Both the position numbers and the translations under genes were made by a program. 64,000 nucleotides of DNA, taken from Lachnospiraceae bacterium (GTDB lineage: Bacteria; Bacillota; Clostridia; Lachnospirales; Lachnospiraceae). The notes beneath the pieces are model-generated. The model was not told the DNA's origin. It saw only the letters and a list, made by a program, of their open reading frames with translations, and did not search any database. Below are positions 40,622 to 50,969 of the stretch, piece after piece; position 1 is the stretch's first letter, and every line of letters begins with the position of its first letter. The DNA lies in assembly GCA_024684085.1 (NCBI GenBank), contig JAIKXM010000038.1, positions 8,895-72,894 of the forward strand, written 5' to 3'.

Positions 40622-41617
40622 ATGCAGGCCACAGATATTGGAATTGATTTAGGTACAGCGAGTATTTTGGTATATATCAGAGGTAAGGGAGTTGCTCTTC
40701 AGGAGCCTTCGGTAGTTGCCTTTGACAGAGATACCAATAAGATAAAGGCTATCGGTAAGGACGCCAGACTTATGCTGGGGCGTACACCGGGCAATATCGT
40801 AGCGGTAAGACCCCTCAGACAGGGCGTTATATCGGATTATACGGTAACAGAGAAGATGATGAAGCACTTCATAGATAAGGCAGTGGGCAGAAAGATGTTA
40901 AGAAAGCCCCGTATCGCCGTATGTGTGCCCAGTGGTGTTACCGAAGTTGAGAAGAAGGCAGTTGAAGATGCAACCTATCAGGCAGGAGCAAGAGAGGTTG
41001 CCATCATAGAAGAGCCCATAGCAGCAGCTATCGGAGCAGGAATAGATATCTCTAAGCCTTGCGGCAATATGATCGTGGATATAGGCGGTGGTACAACAGA
41101 TATAGCCGTTATATCTCTGGGTGGTACTGTAGTAAGTACATCCATTAAGATCGCCGGTGATGATTTTGACGAGGCTATAGTTAAGTATATGCGTAAGAAG
41201 CACAATCTGCTTATCGGTGAGAGAACAGCTGAAGATATTAAGATCAATATAGGTTCCGCTTACAAGAGAACAGAGCCTGTATATATGGATGTTAAGGGAC
41301 GTAATCTTGTAACAGGTCTTCCCAGAACCGTTAAGGTATCAAGTGAGGATACCGAGGAAGCCCTTAAGGATACCACATCCAAGATCGTTGAAGCTATTCA
41401 CAGCGTACTTGAGAAGACTCCTCCGGAGCTTGCGGCTGATATCGCCGATCGCGGAATCGTACTTACAGGTGGCGGAAGTCTCCTGAACGGTCTTGAGGAT
41501 CTTATCTGTTCCAAGACCGGTATCACAACGATGACAGCTGAGGAACCCATGACTGCTGTTGCCATTGGTACAGGTAAGTATGTTGAGTTTCTCTCAGGAT
41601 ATCGCGACGAAGAATAG
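40622..41617 (+). CDS. mbl: rod shape-determining actin homolog (MreB/Mbl)
   Basis: IGIDLGTAS, RPLRQGVISD, DIGGGTTD, LTGGGSLL; followed by the flhO/flhP-type rod genes as for mbl. Confidence 0.85.
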   Translation: MQATDIGIDLGTASILVYIRGKGVALQEPSVVAFDRDTNKIKAIGKDARLMLGRTPGNIVAVRPLRQGVISDYTVTEKMMKHFIDKAVGRKMLRKPRIAVCVPSGVTEVEKKAVEDATYQAGAREVAIIEEPIAAAIGAGIDISKPCGNMIVDIGGGTTDIAVISLGGTVVSTSIKIAGDDFDEAIVKYMRKKHNLLIGERTAEDIKINIGSAYKRTEPVYMDVKGRNLVTGLPRTVKVSSEDTEEALKDTTSKIVEAIHSVLEKTPPELAADIADRGIVLTGGGSLLNGLEDLICSKTGITTMTAEEPMTAVAIGTGKYVEFLSGYRDEE

Positions 41618-41634
41618 AGAAAAGAGGTAGGACA

Positions 41635-42411
41635 ATGGTCAAAGGCTTATATACCGCTTATACCGGCATGATCAACGAACAGAACAGAATGGATGTGTTG
41701 ACCAATAACCTGGCTAATGCCGATACTTCCGGCTATAAGAAGGAAGGCGCAACCAGCCAGTCCTTTGATACTGTCCTTGCATATAAGATCAAAGATGTTA
41801 CCGAGAACGGACGTCTTGCGAGAGGCATAGGTACTGCCAATCTTGGAGTTAAGGTGGGTGAGAATTATGTCGATTACTCGCAGGGACCGTTTAAGGTGAC
41901 AGGCAATACATATGATATAGGATTATCCGGCGAAGGCTTTTTTGCGATACAGTTCACCAATAAAGCCGGAGTTACCGATACCAAGTATACCAGAGACGGA
42001 TCTTTTACAGTTACCAAACAGGGTTATCTTGTTACCAAGGATGGAGATTATGTACTTGGGACCAATAACGGAAGGATTCAGGTGGACCCGACCAAGGATG
42101 TCAAAGTAGACACCATGGGCAATGTGATGCAGGACGGTTCACGTGTTGCGACCATTATGGTAACGGATTTTGAAGATTACAATTATCTCGAGCATTACGG
42201 TGAGAATTATTTCCAGCCGGTAGACGGAGCCAGAGAGAAGAATGCGGACGTAACCTTTAATCAGGGTTATCTCGAAGCATCCAATGTTCAGGTGGTGTCT
42301 GAGATGGTAGAGATGATTTCCGTATCAAGGCAGTATGAGACCAATCAGAAGTTGATCACTACTTTTGACAGTACACTTCAGATCGCTGCCAATCAGTTGG
42401 GTAAGGTATAA
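41635..42411 (+). CDS. flagellar basal-body rod protein (FlgF/FlhO type)
   Basis: NNLANADTSGYK, YTRDGSF, QGYLEASNV. Confidence 0.9.
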   Translation: MVKGLYTAYTGMINEQNRMDVLTNNLANADTSGYKKEGATSQSFDTVLAYKIKDVTENGRLARGIGTANLGVKVGENYVDYSQGPFKVTGNTYDIGLSGEGFFAIQFTNKAGVTDTKYTRDGSFTVTKQGYLVTKDGDYVLGTNNGRIQVDPTKDVKVDTMGNVMQDGSRVATIMVTDFEDYNYLEHYGENYFQPVDGAREKNADVTFNQGYLEASNVQVVSEMVEMISVSRQYETNQKLITTFDSTLQIAANQLGKV

Positions 42412-42448
42412 GCAAAGCGATCTTTAGGATCGTGAACGGAGGTATCGT

Positions 42449-43270
42449 ATGGTAAGATCATTATGGTCAGCGGCCAGCGGTATGATCGCACAGCAGACTA
42501 ATGTTGATACGATCGCCAATAATCTGGCTAACGTTAATACTACGGGATACAAGGCTGAGACAGCCGAATTTAAATCTCTTCTGTATCAGACAATGCAGAC
42601 TAAGACGACCACTGCCAATGGGGATAATAAGCCCATAAGCGCGCAGGTGGGTCTTGGCGTGCGCAATTCGTCAATCACATCTGTTTTTAAACAGGGAGCA
42701 TTACTGGCATCCACTTCGGATACATCTTTTGCCATTGAAGGAAAAGGATTCTTCGCGGTAAGGGGTGAAGACGGATCCGCATATTATACAAGAAACGGTA
42801 CATTTAACTTCAATACGGGAGGCGGTAACAGTCTCGTGCTTTCAACTTCGGACGGACTTCCTGTACTGGATACGACAGGCAAGCCGATAGCGCTTGATAC
42901 TACCAAGTACAGTCCGAGTAAGATAACTGTAGATGCAACAGGTAATCTCTGTTATCCGGATGAGGCCAACAATGCACAGCCTATCGGTATCAGCATAGGA
43001 GTATACCAGTTCAATAATCCTTCCGGTCTTGAGAAGACAAGCGGAACGCTCTATATAGCGTCGGCTGCCAGCGGCAATGCAATGAACGAAGCAACGAGTC
43101 CGGGACTCGAGAAGAGCCGTATACTTCAGGGATACACTGAAGGTTCATCGGTTCAGGTCGTTGATGAGATGGTCAATCTGATCGTTGCCCAGAGAGCTTA
43201 TGAGATGAACTCGAAGGCTATCACAACTACCGATCAGATGATGGAACAGGCTAACAATCTTAAGAGATAA
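42449..43270 (+). CDS. flgG: flagellar basal-body rod protein FlgG
   Basis: ANNLANVNTTGYK, EMVNLIVAQRAYEMNSKAI. Confidence 0.88.
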   Translation: MVRSLWSAASGMIAQQTNVDTIANNLANVNTTGYKAETAEFKSLLYQTMQTKTTTANGDNKPISAQVGLGVRNSSITSVFKQGALLASTSDTSFAIEGKGFFAVRGEDGSAYYTRNGTFNFNTGGGNSLVLSTSDGLPVLDTTGKPIALDTTKYSPSKITVDATGNLCYPDEANNAQPIGISIGVYQFNNPSGLEKTSGTLYIASAASGNAMNEATSPGLEKSRILQGYTEGSSVQVVDEMVNLIVAQRAYEMNSKAITTTDQMMEQANNLKR

Positions 43271-43277
43271 GGGGTGA

Positions 43278-43643
43278 ATGTCTATGAGCGGTATTGATGT
43301 AAGCGGATTAAGCTCCATATATTCGGATATGTTTACGCAGACGGCCAAGAATGCACAGGCCGACAAGCTTAAGAGTATTGCCGCGGAAGATTATTCCAAG
43401 GCAGATGATAAGGAATTGATGGATGCCTGCAAGAAGTTCGAAGCGTATTTCCTCGAGCAGGTCTTTAAGGAGATGGATAAGACTGTCCATATCAATGATT
43501 CCGGTGACAAGTCTACTTCCAATCTGGTCGATTATTTCAAAAGTAATGCGATTGCAGAACTTGCTTCACAATCTACGGAGGCCAATTCTCTCGGTCTCGC
43601 GAAGCAGTTATATGAACAGATGAAAAGGAATATAGAAGGATAG
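43278..43643 (+). CDS. rod-binding protein (single-domain FlgJ-like)
   Basis: LMDACKKFEAYFLEQVFKEM, LGLAKQLYEQM. Confidence 0.82.
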   Translation: MSMSGIDVSGLSSIYSDMFTQTAKNAQADKLKSIAAEDYSKADDKELMDACKKFEAYFLEQVFKEMDKTVHINDSGDKSTSNLVDYFKSNAIAELASQSTEANSLGLAKQLYEQMKRNIEG

Positions 43644-43649
43644 ACAATG

Positions 43650-43676
43650 CAGGCCACCGAAATGGTGGCCTGTTTT
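43650..43676 (+). terminator. intrinsic terminator
   Basis: CAGGCCACC-gaaat-GGTGGCCTG-TTTT. Confidence 0.8.
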
Positions 43677-43681
43677 AATAC

Positions 43682-43722
43682 TTTTTTATGTAATAGGAAA
43701 GTGCTTCCTATTACATAAAAAA
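43682..43722. repeat. REP-like hairpin family A, copy 3
   Basis: perfect 18-bp stem TTTTTTATGTAATAGGAA-agtgc-TTCCTATTACATAAAAAA. Confidence 0.75.
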
Positions 43723-43753
43723 TACTGTATGCCAAATGTAAAAACGGAGGATT

Positions 43754-45967
43754 ATGGAAAGATTTACGGGATTTATAGATCACTTTCTGTATAAGAATGA
43801 CAGTAACGGATATGGAGTTATTGAACTGGATACAGAGGATGAAGATTTTATCTGTGTGGGGTATTTTACCGGGATAACACAGGGAGATACCATTGAAGTG
43901 GAAGGCGATTTCACGGAGCATCCGGTATATGGGATGCAGCTTAAGGTGACGTCTTTTAAAAGAGTGGAACCTACCGGACTTATGGATATGGAGAGGTATC
44001 TTGCAAGCGGGGCGGTTAAGGGTGTTGGACCGACTCTTGCCAAGAGGATAATCAAGAAGTTCGGCAAGGATACCTTCAGGATCATAGAAGAGGAGCCTGA
44101 GAGGCTAAGTGAGATCAAGGGTATAAGTGAACGTATTGCGAGGGAAATAGCTTCCCAGATGGTCGAGAGAAGGGAACTCAGAGATACGCTTATGTTCCTT
44201 CAGAAGTACGGTATCAGCAATAATATGGCCATTAAGCTGTATAATGCCTACGGTTCGGCGATCACCAATATCATAATGGAGAATCCATACCGTTTGGTGG
44301 ATGATGTTGACGGTATCGGTTTTAAGAAAGCTGATGAGCTCGCTTCGAAGATAGGGATAGCCGTTGACTCGCAGTGGCGTATTCAGAGCGGTATAAAATA
44401 TGTGCTGAATGAAGCTTCCTTTGAAGGTCATTCATATCTTCCGATACAAGTCCTTGCGGACAGGACATATGTACTGCTTGGAGTTGCACAATCGCTTATA
44501 GAGACTGAGATACAGAACCTTATAGTGGATCGGAAGATAGTCATGCGTAAGGAGGATGAAGAGACCTGTGTCTACTCTACGCGTATGTATTATGACGAGG
44601 TGGTCTGCGCAAGATTACTTCATGAGCTCAATCTTAAGAGCGAAGAGACAGACAGGACTCATATCATGCGCAGGCTGGACGATGTGGAGAAAGAACTCGA
44701 TATCAGTCTTGATGAACTTCAGCGTGAAGCAGTCTGCCTTGCCATAGAGAATAATGTGATGATACTTACCGGAGGTCCCGGAACGGGTAAGACCACAACT
44801 ATCAATACTCTTATCAGATACTTTGACGATGAGGGACTTGATTTCATGCTGGCTGCGCCCACAGGACGTGCCGCAAAACGTATGACGGAGACAACGGGAT
44901 ATGAGGCAAGGACCATACATCGATTGCTTGAGCTGAGCGGCAATCCGGAACTTGGCGGTGTCAGATTCGAACGTAATGAGGATAATCCGTTAGAGACAGA
45001 CCTTGTGATAATAGATGAGATGTCGATGGTGGATATAGATATGTTTGCTGCCTTACTCAAGGCGGTTCCCATAGGAGCCCGTCTGATACTCGTGGGAGAT
45101 ATCGATCAGCTTCCGAGCGTGGGTCCGGGACGGGTCTTACAGGATCTGATAGCATCGGAGAGGCTGGCAACATGTCAGTTGGAGCGTATTTTCAGACAGG
45201 AGAGCAGGAGCGATATAGTCCTTAATGCGCATAAGATCAAGGCGGGAGAGAGGATACTGTTAGATAATAAGAGTAAGGATTTCTTTTTCCTTGAAAGAAG
45301 TGACACTAATGTCATATATAAACATATGGTGACTCTGATCAAGGACAAGCTTCCGGGGTATGTTGATGCGACACCGATGCAGATCCAGGTGCTGACACCA
45401 ACGAGGATCGGTAATCTCGGAACTGTCGCTCTTAATAAGGTGTTGCAGATGCATCTCAATCCTCCCTCTCCTGATAAAAAAGAGGTCACTTACGGTGACA
45501 CGGTCTTCAGAGAGGGTGACAAGGTCATGCAGACCAGGAATAACTATACGCTTGAGTGGAAGGTGCTCAGTACCTACGGGATATCCGCAGACAATGGGAC
45601 GGGCGTTTTTAACGGAGATATCGGAGTGATCAAAGATGTCAGGACACCCTTGAGTCAGATGGTGATAGAGTTCGATGACGGAAGGCGTGTGGAATACCCT
45701 TTTGCTTCACTGGATGAGCTGGAGCTGGCTTATGCGGTCACGATTCATAAGTCGCAGGGAAGCGAGTATCCGGCGGTCGTAATGCCGTTGCTCGGCGGTC
45801 CCAGGATGTTGCTTAACCGTAACCTCTTGTATACGGGCATTACGAGAGCAAGGAAGTGTGTGACGATATTGGGCAGCAGGGAGACTGTAGATATCATGAT
45901 CGACAATAAGGATGAGAATATGAGATACTCGGGGCTTGCGTCGATGATACGACAGGTCGAGGAGTAA
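43754..45967 (+). CDS. recD2: ATP-dependent RecD-like DNA helicase
   Basis: HhH motifs, GGPGTGKT, APTGRAA, DEMSM, YAVTIHKSQGSEY. Confidence 0.95.
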   Translation: MERFTGFIDHFLYKNDSNGYGVIELDTEDEDFICVGYFTGITQGDTIEVEGDFTEHPVYGMQLKVTSFKRVEPTGLMDMERYLASGAVKGVGPTLAKRIIKKFGKDTFRIIEEEPERLSEIKGISERIAREIASQMVERRELRDTLMFLQKYGISNNMAIKLYNAYGSAITNIIMENPYRLVDDVDGIGFKKADELASKIGIAVDSQWRIQSGIKYVLNEASFEGHSYLPIQVLADRTYVLLGVAQSLIETEIQNLIVDRKIVMRKEDEETCVYSTRMYYDEVVCARLLHELNLKSEETDRTHIMRRLDDVEKELDISLDELQREAVCLAIENNVMILTGGPGTGKTTTINTLIRYFDDEGLDFMLAAPTGRAAKRMTETTGYEARTIHRLLELSGNPELGGVRFERNEDNPLETDLVIIDEMSMVDIDMFAALLKAVPIGARLILVGDIDQLPSVGPGRVLQDLIASERLATCQLERIFRQESRSDIVLNAHKIKAGERILLDNKSKDFFFLERSDTNVIYKHMVTLIKDKLPGYVDATPMQIQVLTPTRIGNLGTVALNKVLQMHLNPPSPDKKEVTYGDTVFREGDKVMQTRNNYTLEWKVLSTYGISADNGTGVFNGDIGVIKDVRTPLSQMVIEFDDGRRVEYPFASLDELELAYAVTIHKSQGSEYPAVVMPLLGGPRMLLNRNLLYTGITRARKCVTILGSRETVDIMIDNKDENMRYSGLASMIRQVEE

Positions 45968-45990
45968 GGTGGATGTATTTACGCTGCCGG

Positions 45991-46106
45991 TCAATATATT
46001 CGCCGAAACGGCGCTTTCGCTCCGATGTGAACGTAGCGGACACTAAACTCGCCTTCGGCTTGTTAAGTGCCGACGTCCACATAGGCGTTTCGATTGAAAA
46101 AATTGA
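45991..46106. repeat. structured core module X (also found inside the 61495-61678 element)
   Basis: reverse-complement homolog of 61534-61645 with compensatory substitutions. Confidence 0.8.
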
Positions 46107-46194
46107 TGAGCTATACGAGCCCGCTCTTTTGCGAAGCAAATCTTTATTGCGGGCTCGCGTAACTGGAAGAACCCGATGGGTTCTGAACAGTTAC
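46107..46194. repeat. double-hairpin repeat family C, copy 1
   Basis: near-identical reverse complement of 62953-63040; ends CTGAACAGTTAC. Confidence 0.85.
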
Positions 46195-46245
46195 AGATAA
46201 GGAGATAAGACAATACTAAGGTATATCAGAGAATCATTATCCCGA

Positions 46246-46947
46246 ATGTCGGGTGAGATCGCCAATATCATATATCCGCCGAGGTGTCCGGGATGCGATG
46301 CACCTCTCAGGCACGGAGAGAGTCTCTGTGCGGACTGCAGGGGGAGTCTAAGACCCAGAACAGGCAGCAGCTGCATGAAATGCGGCAAGACTATCCGAAG
46401 CGAAGAGGGACTCTACTGCTATGACTGCTCCCGAAAGGTGCATAATTACGACAGAGGTTACTGCATATTCGAATATGAGGACGTCAGGGAGAGCCTCTAC
46501 AGGTTCAAATACATGGGCAGGAGCGAATATGCATCCTATTACGCGAAGGTGGCTTACGATGCCTTCGGGAGGGTGTTCAAGGAGTGCGGAGCCGATGCTC
46601 TTATACCTGTTCCGATACATGAGAAGAGAAGAAAAAAAAGAGGATACAATCAGGCTGAGGAATTGGCCAAAGAATTGTCAAAGCTATGCGGGATTCCCGT
46701 TATGGAAGATGTGTGTATTCGCTCAAAATCCACGGTTCCGCTCAAGAATCTTAATGAGTCTGAACGCATAAATAATCTAAAAAAGGCTTTTATAATTGCC
46801 CGAAATGATGTAAAATTAAAAACAATTATAATCATCGATGACATCTATACCACAGGCAGTACAATCGATGCAATCAGTGCCCTTTTCAGGACTATCGGAG
46901 TTGAAAATATTTATTTTTTGGCTGTGGCGATCGGAAGAGGTCTTTGA
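46246..46947 (+). CDS. comFC: ComF family protein (zinc ribbon + PRTase domain)
   Basis: four CxxC pairs, PVPIH..RGYNQA, IIDDIYTTGST. Confidence 0.9.
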   Translation: MSGEIANIIYPPRCPGCDAPLRHGESLCADCRGSLRPRTGSSCMKCGKTIRSEEGLYCYDCSRKVHNYDRGYCIFEYEDVRESLYRFKYMGRSEYASYYAKVAYDAFGRVFKECGADALIPVPIHEKRRKKRGYNQAEELAKELSKLCGIPVMEDVCIRSKSTVPLKNLNESERINNLKKAFIIARNDVKLKTIIIIDDIYTTGSTIDAISALFRTIGVENIYFLAVAIGRGL

Positions 46948-46979
46948 GTGACTTCCTATGATCGAAGGGAGGTAATGAT

Positions 46980-47396
46980 ATGAATGTCAGAAATTGTCGT
47001 AGATGTAAAAGATTATTCAACTATATTGTAGGACCGTATTACTGTCCTTCCTGTCGTGCGGAGCTGGAAGAGGAATTTCAGGTAGTCAAGAAGTACGTTC
47101 AGGATCATAATCGTGCGGATATCCGTACAGTTGCTGAGGAATGTAATGTCGATCCCTCTCAGATAAGGCAGTGGGTCAGAGAGGAGAGACTGGTATTCTC
47201 CGATGATTCGCTGGTGGGACTTAATTGTGAGAAGTGCGGCAAGATGATCAAGAGCGGGCGTTTTTGCGATGAATGTAAGAAGGAGATGGCCAATACATTC
47301 AGTAATGCCATGAATTCCGTTCGACATTCACCTTCAAATAATGCACCGGCAAGTAAGGATAAGACAAGCCCTAAGATGAGGTTTTTGGATAATTAG
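46980..47396 (+). CDS. flagellar operon zinc-ribbon protein (YvyF-like)
   Basis: NCRRCKRLF..CPSC, WVREERL, CEKCG..GRFCDEC; follows comFC. Confidence 0.8.
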   Translation: MNVRNCRRCKRLFNYIVGPYYCPSCRAELEEEFQVVKKYVQDHNRADIRTVAEECNVDPSQIRQWVREERLVFSDDSLVGLNCEKCGKMIKSGRFCDECKKEMANTFSNAMNSVRHSPSNNAPASKDKTSPKMRFLDN

Positions 47397-47399
47397 TAT

Positions 47400-47795
47400 A
47401 TGCTTAACGAAGATAAGATCAGATTAATGTGCCGTTTGGCATCATATGAGAACGGTGAAGGCAGGAAAGTCCTTCCCATAACGGGTTATTACAGATCGGA
47501 TTATATAAGCCTTGAGATGCTCAAGTCACTCCTTGCGGGGACGCTGGCTTTTGCGGCTGTTGCGGGCGTTTTTGTATTCTATCATTTTGAGTACATAATG
47601 GAGAATCTCTACAGGACTCCGTGGACGGCATACATCAGAAAAGGCGTTACCGTTTATGCGATTTTTATGGGTATATATCTGATCATGACTTATGTTCTGG
47701 CAGCTCTCAGATATAAGAATGCCAAGAAGAGTCTTAAGAGATACTACGCTAATCTCAAGAAGTTATGGAAGACATATACTGTTGAGAAGAATTAA
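47400..47795 (+). CDS. hypothetical membrane protein
   Basis: two TM segments; tightly packed in the operon. Confidence 0.7.
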   Translation: MLNEDKIRLMCRLASYENGEGRKVLPITGYYRSDYISLEMLKSLLAGTLAFAAVAGVFVFYHFEYIMENLYRTPWTAYIRKGVTVYAIFMGIYLIMTYVLAALRYKNAKKSLKRYYANLKKLWKTYTVEKN

Positions 47796-47806
47796 GATCA
47801 TCCGGA

Positions 47807-48823
47807 TTGCGAGGAACAAAAAGTAAAATGTCACAGATCATAGAGGCCAAGTTCCTGATCAAGGGGCTGTATGGCAAGTACGAAGCATATATCAATCCAA
47901 TATTGAAGTTCATAATGTCCATGTTCTTGTTGCTGGTGATCAACGGCAAGATCGGTTATATGGAGAGACTGGACAAGCTGCCGATCGTGCTGATAGCAGC
48001 TCTGTTTTGCTCTTTTATTCCGCTTAAGCTGGTTGCCTGCGTTTATGGCCTGTTCATCCTTCTGCATATGTATGCCCTTGCGCCCGAGTGTGCGCTGGTG
48101 ATGGCAGTTGTCATGTTCCTTATGATGGTGATATATATCAGATTTGTTCCCAATGAGACACTGGTGATCCTGTTGACATCGATAGCCTATATGCTGAAGA
48201 TTCCCTATGTCATGCCTTTGGCAGTGGGACTTGTAGGTACTCCCGTTTCAGCGATCTCCGTTTCTTTCGGTCTGTGTCTGGGATATCTGATCCAGTATAT
48301 AAGCGTTAATTCTTCGACTATTCTGACCGTTGATGACGGACAGATGGTATCGAGGATCATATTCATGATCAACGGACTGGTAAGCAATAAGCCGATGATC
48401 ATCATGACGGTCGTATTCATCATTACCCTGATCATGGTATATGTCATCAGAAGGCTGTCAGTGGATTATTCATGGGCGATAGCTATAATTGCGGGCGGTA
48501 TCGTGGATACCATATTACTGCTCATGTGCGAGATGATACTTAATCCGGGATTCTCGGTTGTGGGCATACTGCTTGGCAATATAGTGGCGATAGCGATAGC
48601 CTTCGTGGTACTCTTCTTTGATTTCCATCTGGACTATAAGAAGACAGAGAATCTCCAGTTTGAAGATGAAGAATATTACTACTATGTCAAGGCTGTTCCC
48701 AAGATCAGTGTAAGTTCAAGTAATAAAAAAGTTAAGAGAATAAACAGTTCATATCCGACGGAGTATGTCAAAGGCAGCAGTGCCGGAAGATCCTCCGGAT
48801 ATACTGTTAAAAATGATAGATAA
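47807..48823 (+). CDS. conserved multi-pass membrane protein
   Basis: many TM segments, C-terminal QFEDEEYYYYVKAVPK; start may be 47828. Confidence 0.75.
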   Translation: MRGTKSKMSQIIEAKFLIKGLYGKYEAYINPILKFIMSMFLLLVINGKIGYMERLDKLPIVLIAALFCSFIPLKLVACVYGLFILLHMYALAPECALVMAVVMFLMMVIYIRFVPNETLVILLTSIAYMLKIPYVMPLAVGLVGTPVSAISVSFGLCLGYLIQYISVNSSTILTVDDGQMVSRIIFMINGLVSNKPMIIMTVVFIITLIMVYVIRRLSVDYSWAIAIIAGGIVDTILLLMCEMILNPGFSVVGILLGNIVAIAIAFVVLFFDFHLDYKKTENLQFEDEEYYYYVKAVPKISVSSSNKKVKRINSSYPTEYVKGSSAGRSSGYTVKNDR

Positions 48824-48839
48824 AGAGTAATAAAAAATT

Positions 48840-49724
48840 ATGGAATTAATCAAGTCGTTTGCGGACAATCATTTGATCAATCTGAGATTTCCGACGATCC
48901 AGTGGCCGGATATTGTGGAGATACTTATTATTTCCTTTCTCGTATACCATATTATGGTATGGATCAAGAATACGAGAGCGTGGTCATTGCTCAGGGGAGT
49001 GGCTATTATTATGGGTTTTATCATGATGGCCGCTTTTTTCAGAATGTCTACAATTCTCTGGATCGTTCAGAATGCATTTTCGATCGTCGCAACGGCTATT
49101 ATTGTTGTCCTTCAACCCGAGCTCAGAAGAGCTCTGGATGAGCTTGGTAAGAAGAATATCATATCGTCGATTTTGAGACTTGATCCCATTGGTAATGAGA
49201 CAGGTCTCTTCTCTGACCGTACGATACATGAGATAACCAAGGCCTGCGTCGAGATGGGCAAGGTGAGAACGGGAGCTCTTATCGTAGTAAGGCAGACGGA
49301 TGAACTAAAGGAGTATGAGAGAACCGGTATCGAAGTGGATGCGGTGGTATCGAGTCAGCTTCTGGTCAATATCTTCGAACACAACACACCTCTTCATGAC
49401 GGTGCTGTCATAGTTGATGGGGACAGGATTACTTCGGCTACATGTTATCTGCCGTTATCGGATAATATGAGACTCTCCAAGGAACTCGGAACGAGGCACA
49501 GAGCCGGAGTCGGTATGTCGGAAGTGACGGATTCGATGATCATCATCGTATCGGAGGAGACAGGCGCGATCAGTATCGCCTATAAGGGTGAATTGTTCAG
49601 AGGTCTTAATTCCGAGCAGGTAGAGGTCAAGCTGGAGAGTATCCAGAACAAGCATATCGAAGAGAAGAAACACAGTATATGGAAGGGTAAGGCAGTTAAG
49701 AATGAGAAAAAAATTAACGAATAA
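48840..49724 (+). CDS. cdaA: diadenylate cyclase CdaA
   Basis: three TM segments, QPELRRAL, PLHDGA, GTRHRAG, VSEETG. Confidence 0.95.
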   Translation: MELIKSFADNHLINLRFPTIQWPDIVEILIISFLVYHIMVWIKNTRAWSLLRGVAIIMGFIMMAAFFRMSTILWIVQNAFSIVATAIIVVLQPELRRALDELGKKNIISSILRLDPIGNETGLFSDRTIHEITKACVEMGKVRTGALIVVRQTDELKEYERTGIEVDAVVSSQLLVNIFEHNTPLHDGAVIVDGDRITSATCYLPLSDNMRLSKELGTRHRAGVGMSEVTDSMIIIVSEETGAISIAYKGELFRGLNSEQVEVKLESIQNKHIEEKKHSIWKGKAVKNEKKINE

Positions 49725-50964
49725 CCTTGGACTTAAGCTGCTGGCTCTCTTTGTATCTACTGCGTTGTGGTTTATCTCCATCAATATCAACGACCCTGTT
49801 TCGCAGGACAGTTATAATGTCAGGGTTCAGCTTAAGAATACCAATTCCATGACATCCGCGGGCAAGTATCTGGAAGTCGTGGATGATTCAGACTATATAA
49901 AAGTCAATGTTCGAGGAACAAGAACGGCGCTTTCTGCTTTTTCGGCGGATAATATCATAGCTACGGCTGATATAGATGAGATGGTCGGAGAAGATAAGGT
50001 CCCGATCAAGCTTACAACTACCAAGCTGAGCGATAAGATCGAGAGCATTAAGTCCGATAGAGAATATGTTACCATCAGAACCGAGAATATCGAGAAGCAT
50101 CAGTTCCCGATAGCTGTTTCGGTTCAGAATGAGCCTGCCGAAGGTTATATACTCGGGCAGACTTCAACCAATCAGAATATCGTTATCGTCTCAGGACCGA
50201 AGTCGGTTGTGGATCAGGTGGTCCGAGCCGAGGTTGAGATCAATGTAGATAATGTTAACAGCGATGTTAATGTATCGCTTCCGATCCGTCTCTATGATGC
50301 CGACGATAAGGTGGTGGACGCAGGTAAGCTTACGATGAGTATCAATGAAGTTACGACCAATGCTTCGATACTCCAGACCAAGAGTCTGCCGATAAGCTGT
50401 GTGGTTAAGGGTACGGTTCTTGACGGCTATGTACTCGGTGAAGACGTATTATGTACGCCTTCGGAGGTTACCGTGGCAGGTAAGCCGGGTATACTCAAGA
50501 ATATCGATTCCGTCGTTATCAAGGATGCCGTCGATATAACAGGCAATGACAGGAATATCGTTGCTCATGCCAAGCTTACGGATTATCTTCCCGACGGAGT
50601 AACCGTTATGGGAGATGAGGTTTCATCCGATGTTGAGATCGAAGTGAGCATTCAGAAGGAGAGTGAGGTTGAGATCACTATTCCTCTTGAGAGGGTTCAT
50701 TTCGTCAATGTACCGGAGGAAGATAACCTCGAGATAGATGACGAAGAAGATATTGTTCTGACTGTATATGGACAGAAGGATCTGGTCAATTCACTGAAGA
50801 GTACCGATGTTGCGGTGATGATCGATGTGGAAGCATATATGGACAAACAGGAGATCAACGAACTCAAAAAGGGTACGGTCTACATGCCGTTGACTGTTAC
50901 TCTTCCGGACAAGTTACATCTCAACAAGACATACAGGGTGAAGGTTGATATTACTAAGGAGTAA
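49702..50964 (+). CDS. cdaR: YbbR-repeat regulator CdaR
   Basis: [12 protein letters not shown] anchor, repeated beta-rich YbbR units; lies between cdaA and glmM. Confidence 0.88.
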   Translation: MRKKLTNNLGLKLLALFVSTALWFISININDPVSQDSYNVRVQLKNTNSMTSAGKYLEVVDDSDYIKVNVRGTRTALSAFSADNIIATADIDEMVGEDKVPIKLTTTKLSDKIESIKSDREYVTIRTENIEKHQFPIAVSVQNEPAEGYILGQTSTNQNIVIVSGPKSVVDQVVRAEVEINVDNVNSDVNVSLPIRLYDADDKVVDAGKLTMSINEVTTNASILQTKSLPISCVVKGTVLDGYVLGEDVLCTPSEVTVAGKPGILKNIDSVVIKDAVDITGNDRNIVAHAKLTDYLPDGVTVMGDEVSSDVEIEVSIQKESEVEITIPLERVHFVNVPEEDNLEIDDEEDIVLTVYGQKDLVNSLKSTDVAVMIDVEAYMDKQEINELKKGTVYMPLTVTLPDKLHLNKTYRVKVDITKE

Positions 50965-50969
50965 CAGAG

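Noticed and set aside
45973-46200. ORF-track peptides at 45973-46200 (+) and 61495-61701 (-) share IYSPKRRxRSDVxVADTKL
   Set aside because: Both are translations of repeat module X; they share no start or stop, and the substitutions preserve base pairing
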